The notes below the pieces were generated by a model. The model saw nothing but the letters and a program-made list of their open reading frames with translations, was not told the DNA's origin and did no database searches. Positions 61,491 to 64,000 of a stretch of 64,000 nucleotides of DNA are shown here, one piece after another. Position 1 is the stretch's first letter. The number at the start of each line of letters is the position of its first letter. The translations under genes were made by a program, and so were the position numbers. The DNA comes from Mobula hypostoma (lineage: Eukaryota), in NCBI RefSeq assembly GCF_963921235.1, contig NC_086108.1, positions 71,178,001 to 71,242,000 of the forward strand, given 5' to 3'.

Positions 61491-64000
61491 GTGAAGCCAG
61501 AAGCTACAGAAAATTATCTGGTCAAGTCCATGCAGATCAGTTCATTCCAGGATAAACTAACTACCCTTTTGAGATCCAAACACTCAGGATCAATCCACTG
61601 ATATCACACTAGTGTTCTCTGATCATCGTTGGTTCAAGTTATCTGCAGGAAGACTAGAAGGCCATCAGGGGAAAATGGAAGTTGAACATGAAACAAGTGA
61701 AACTGGGGAATTTGATGAGTGGTTACTTAGATTGAAGAATTGTGAAACTCTGCTTTAATTTCCCAATCTATTACTGAGATGCATTAGAATGAACATCACA
61801 ATTCTTCACTCTCAAATGTGTTTAGAAAGGGAAATCCAGAAGGAAATGTGCCTACTGCAGATTGAGGCATAATCTTACTTCTTCCAAAAGGTTTTCACAG
61901 AAATCCTTCAGACAGCACAAGGTAATTTTATAACACAGCCTTTCAGAATTTACATTTCTCGGAGTCAAGGTTTTAGTTGAACAAAAATTGAATAATCTGC
62001 CTAGCAACTCGGCAGGTTGTCTAGGTTGGTGTGTTCTTTCCAGATGAATATCCTTGGAAGACATGGCATGTGTTTAAGGCCCAAACCTGCTGAACTGCAC
62101 ACTACTTTGCTTCTAATGGGAAACATCGCCTTTTTCTACATGCAGTAAACAGTGGGAGGAAATCCTACCCACTGGAAATGCATCTCACTTAATACAGATC
62201 ACAGGATTCTGTCCACAAGCAAAGACTGCCCTGGTGATTCACTGGGATCAAATATCTGCTTCCATGTGGGACAATGGAGTAGACACTTGCTTGGTCAGCT
62301 TGACCAGAGGACCTTTGACAGAATATTGTCCAAGAAAGTAATGGATATGCTTTCCAAAATGGGCTTGGTAGGAAATTCATAATTGAATATGACAGCTCTA
62401 TGCAGACATCAGGAGCACAGTTCTACCTAATAAATGGGAAATAAAGCTTCCCAAATCAAATGTCCCATTGGTTGTCTAGACTCTCAGGTAGGATATTGAA
62501 TATAAAAGGGGTGATGAACCCAGGTAGTTAAACCCCATTGCCGTCTTTCTGTCAGGTTCACAATTGGTCTGCAACTGCTGAGCAACTATGGCCATTGCAT
62601 ACTGGTCACTGGCTCCAAAGAGTTAATTGCAGCAAAAGCAAGGCTATGCTCTATGCCATCTGGTCTAATTGGTATTTCACCTCTTTCTGCTGTTCTGTCC
62701 AATTATTTAAAGTGCCAAGGAACATGATTAAGGTTGGAGTGTTTGGCCAGGATGAAGCAGGAAATGGCACTGTGGGAACGGTACTCCCTCCCAGTTGGGA
62801 AAAGGAACTGGTCATGTTTTTATTGTGTTCTTTATGCTTATTGTGTTTTCCACTGCTGCACGCATCCACAATAACAATCATTTCATTCTCTTTTATAATC
62901 AGGTACGGAAAGATGACAATAAACAATCTTGAATGTTGGGATGCAAGATGCTCGCACTGTTTCTAAATATTGAGTAGCTGTACTTCATTCCTGGCTCCCA
63001 CGCTGCAGCAGTAATCAGTCTTTTTCTTTGGAGAAAGAAGATAGATTTTGTTTATGGAGATCCAATGAAATTCCTGCAAATGACTGAGAAATCCACTCAA
63101 CATGGTCTTCAACCTTTGCATGTGGCTGTGTCAAACTATGAAAAGATCATTGGTAATCCAAGTCCAATTATCACTGGATGCTTTAGTACTATTACTGTTC
63201 TTAAGGATGGGACTGGAACATTCCACTCAGTTGGACCATATTACACTTCCTTCCCCTTATTGAAAGGCCAATATAAAAGTGTTTTTTTTTTAAATATACT
63301 GAATGTTTTCATGATCCTGCAAGATGATGGTCAAAACTGACTGGAAATAAACAGCAGGACCTTGTTTGATTGGTGGTAGTAGGACTCCGCTTGTCAGATT
63401 ATTCATGCACTGTGAGAGTAGTTTTGCCATATGGTACACTCAGGTCAACTTTGCTTGTGGGAGATTGAGACTTGTATCCAAACTGGAAATGTTCACGTTC
63501 CAGGATCCGGAAGGAAATGCAGTGGCTTTTGTCAAGGTTCATCCCAAAAAAGCTATGGAACATAGGGATTTGCTCCATCAGACCCACTCTGCTTCCAGTA
63601 CCAAGGAGTTGATAACTGTTACAGATTGACACATTTCAAAGTCCAGAACTGCATGCTAATTTACACACAAAGTCTGTGTAGGTAACACAAATGCTCTAAG
63701 GGGAAAGACCAGTTTAAGGCCCCTCACCACTGCACACAGGGGTCTGAATAAGTATAACAGCACATGTAAAGAAGTGTAATGTAAATAGCATAAGTGGAAT
63801 GTCTTCTAGAGTATGGGGCTATACTGTATTATATTTGCAAATTCAGAAAAATTATTTTTGGGGAAACATCTTTGCTTAGAGATCCAGATTCAAACAAACT
63901 TTGGTACTTTCACAACTCTCAAATTCACCACACTTGACAAAAAGACATGATCTTCTAAAATTAACAGTGAATAAGTCATTGGCTAAACCAAATTTCCTTT

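Noticed and set aside
1..64000. The many short six-frame ORFs as independent genes
   Set aside because: They are either parts of fzr1 exons, frameshifted retroelement remnants, or chance ORFs (many starting at TTG/GTG) with no recognisable domain. This is intron-rich eukaryotic DNA.
62100..64000. Exons of a neighbouring gene at the window end
   Set aside because: No ORF with recognisable homology or convincing paired splice sites was found by eye; small exons cannot be excluded without transcript data.

Overview
Vertebrate genomic DNA, most likely from a cartilaginous fish such as a ray or shark (inferred from HE1/V-SINE-type SINEs, Penelope-like elements, CR1 and Rex/Babar LINEs). One protein-coding gene is supported: an FZR1/Cdh1-family APC/C co-activator on the minus strand. 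I assembled 13 coding exons by hand (41023 to 5928, all introns GT-AG, 1485 nt, 494 aa, with C-box, WD40 propeller and IR tail). A CpG-enriched candidate promoter and non-coding exon 1 lie near 52.9-53.4 kb. The N-terminus is unusually divergent and has lost several CDK sites, which suggests a second vertebrate paralog. The rest is mostly decayed mobile DNA. The most notable non-coding signal is a set of about 10 Penelope-derived terminal repeats that share a decayed minimal type-I hammerhead ribozyme motif (consensus CAGUC-CUGAUGA-AGGGUCUCGGCCC-GAAA-CGUC^GACUG). Several of these sit in short, often fold-back, insertions with their own target-site duplications. Also present: a Vingi/Ingi-like LINE, a three-level nested CR1/Tigger/Penelope stack, long near-perfect hairpins, and an overlapping hydrophobic uORF at the FZR1 start. 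Repeat boundaries are approximate unless a TSD or TIR is quoted. Repeat family names and human FZR1 residue comparisons come from memory, not from a database search.
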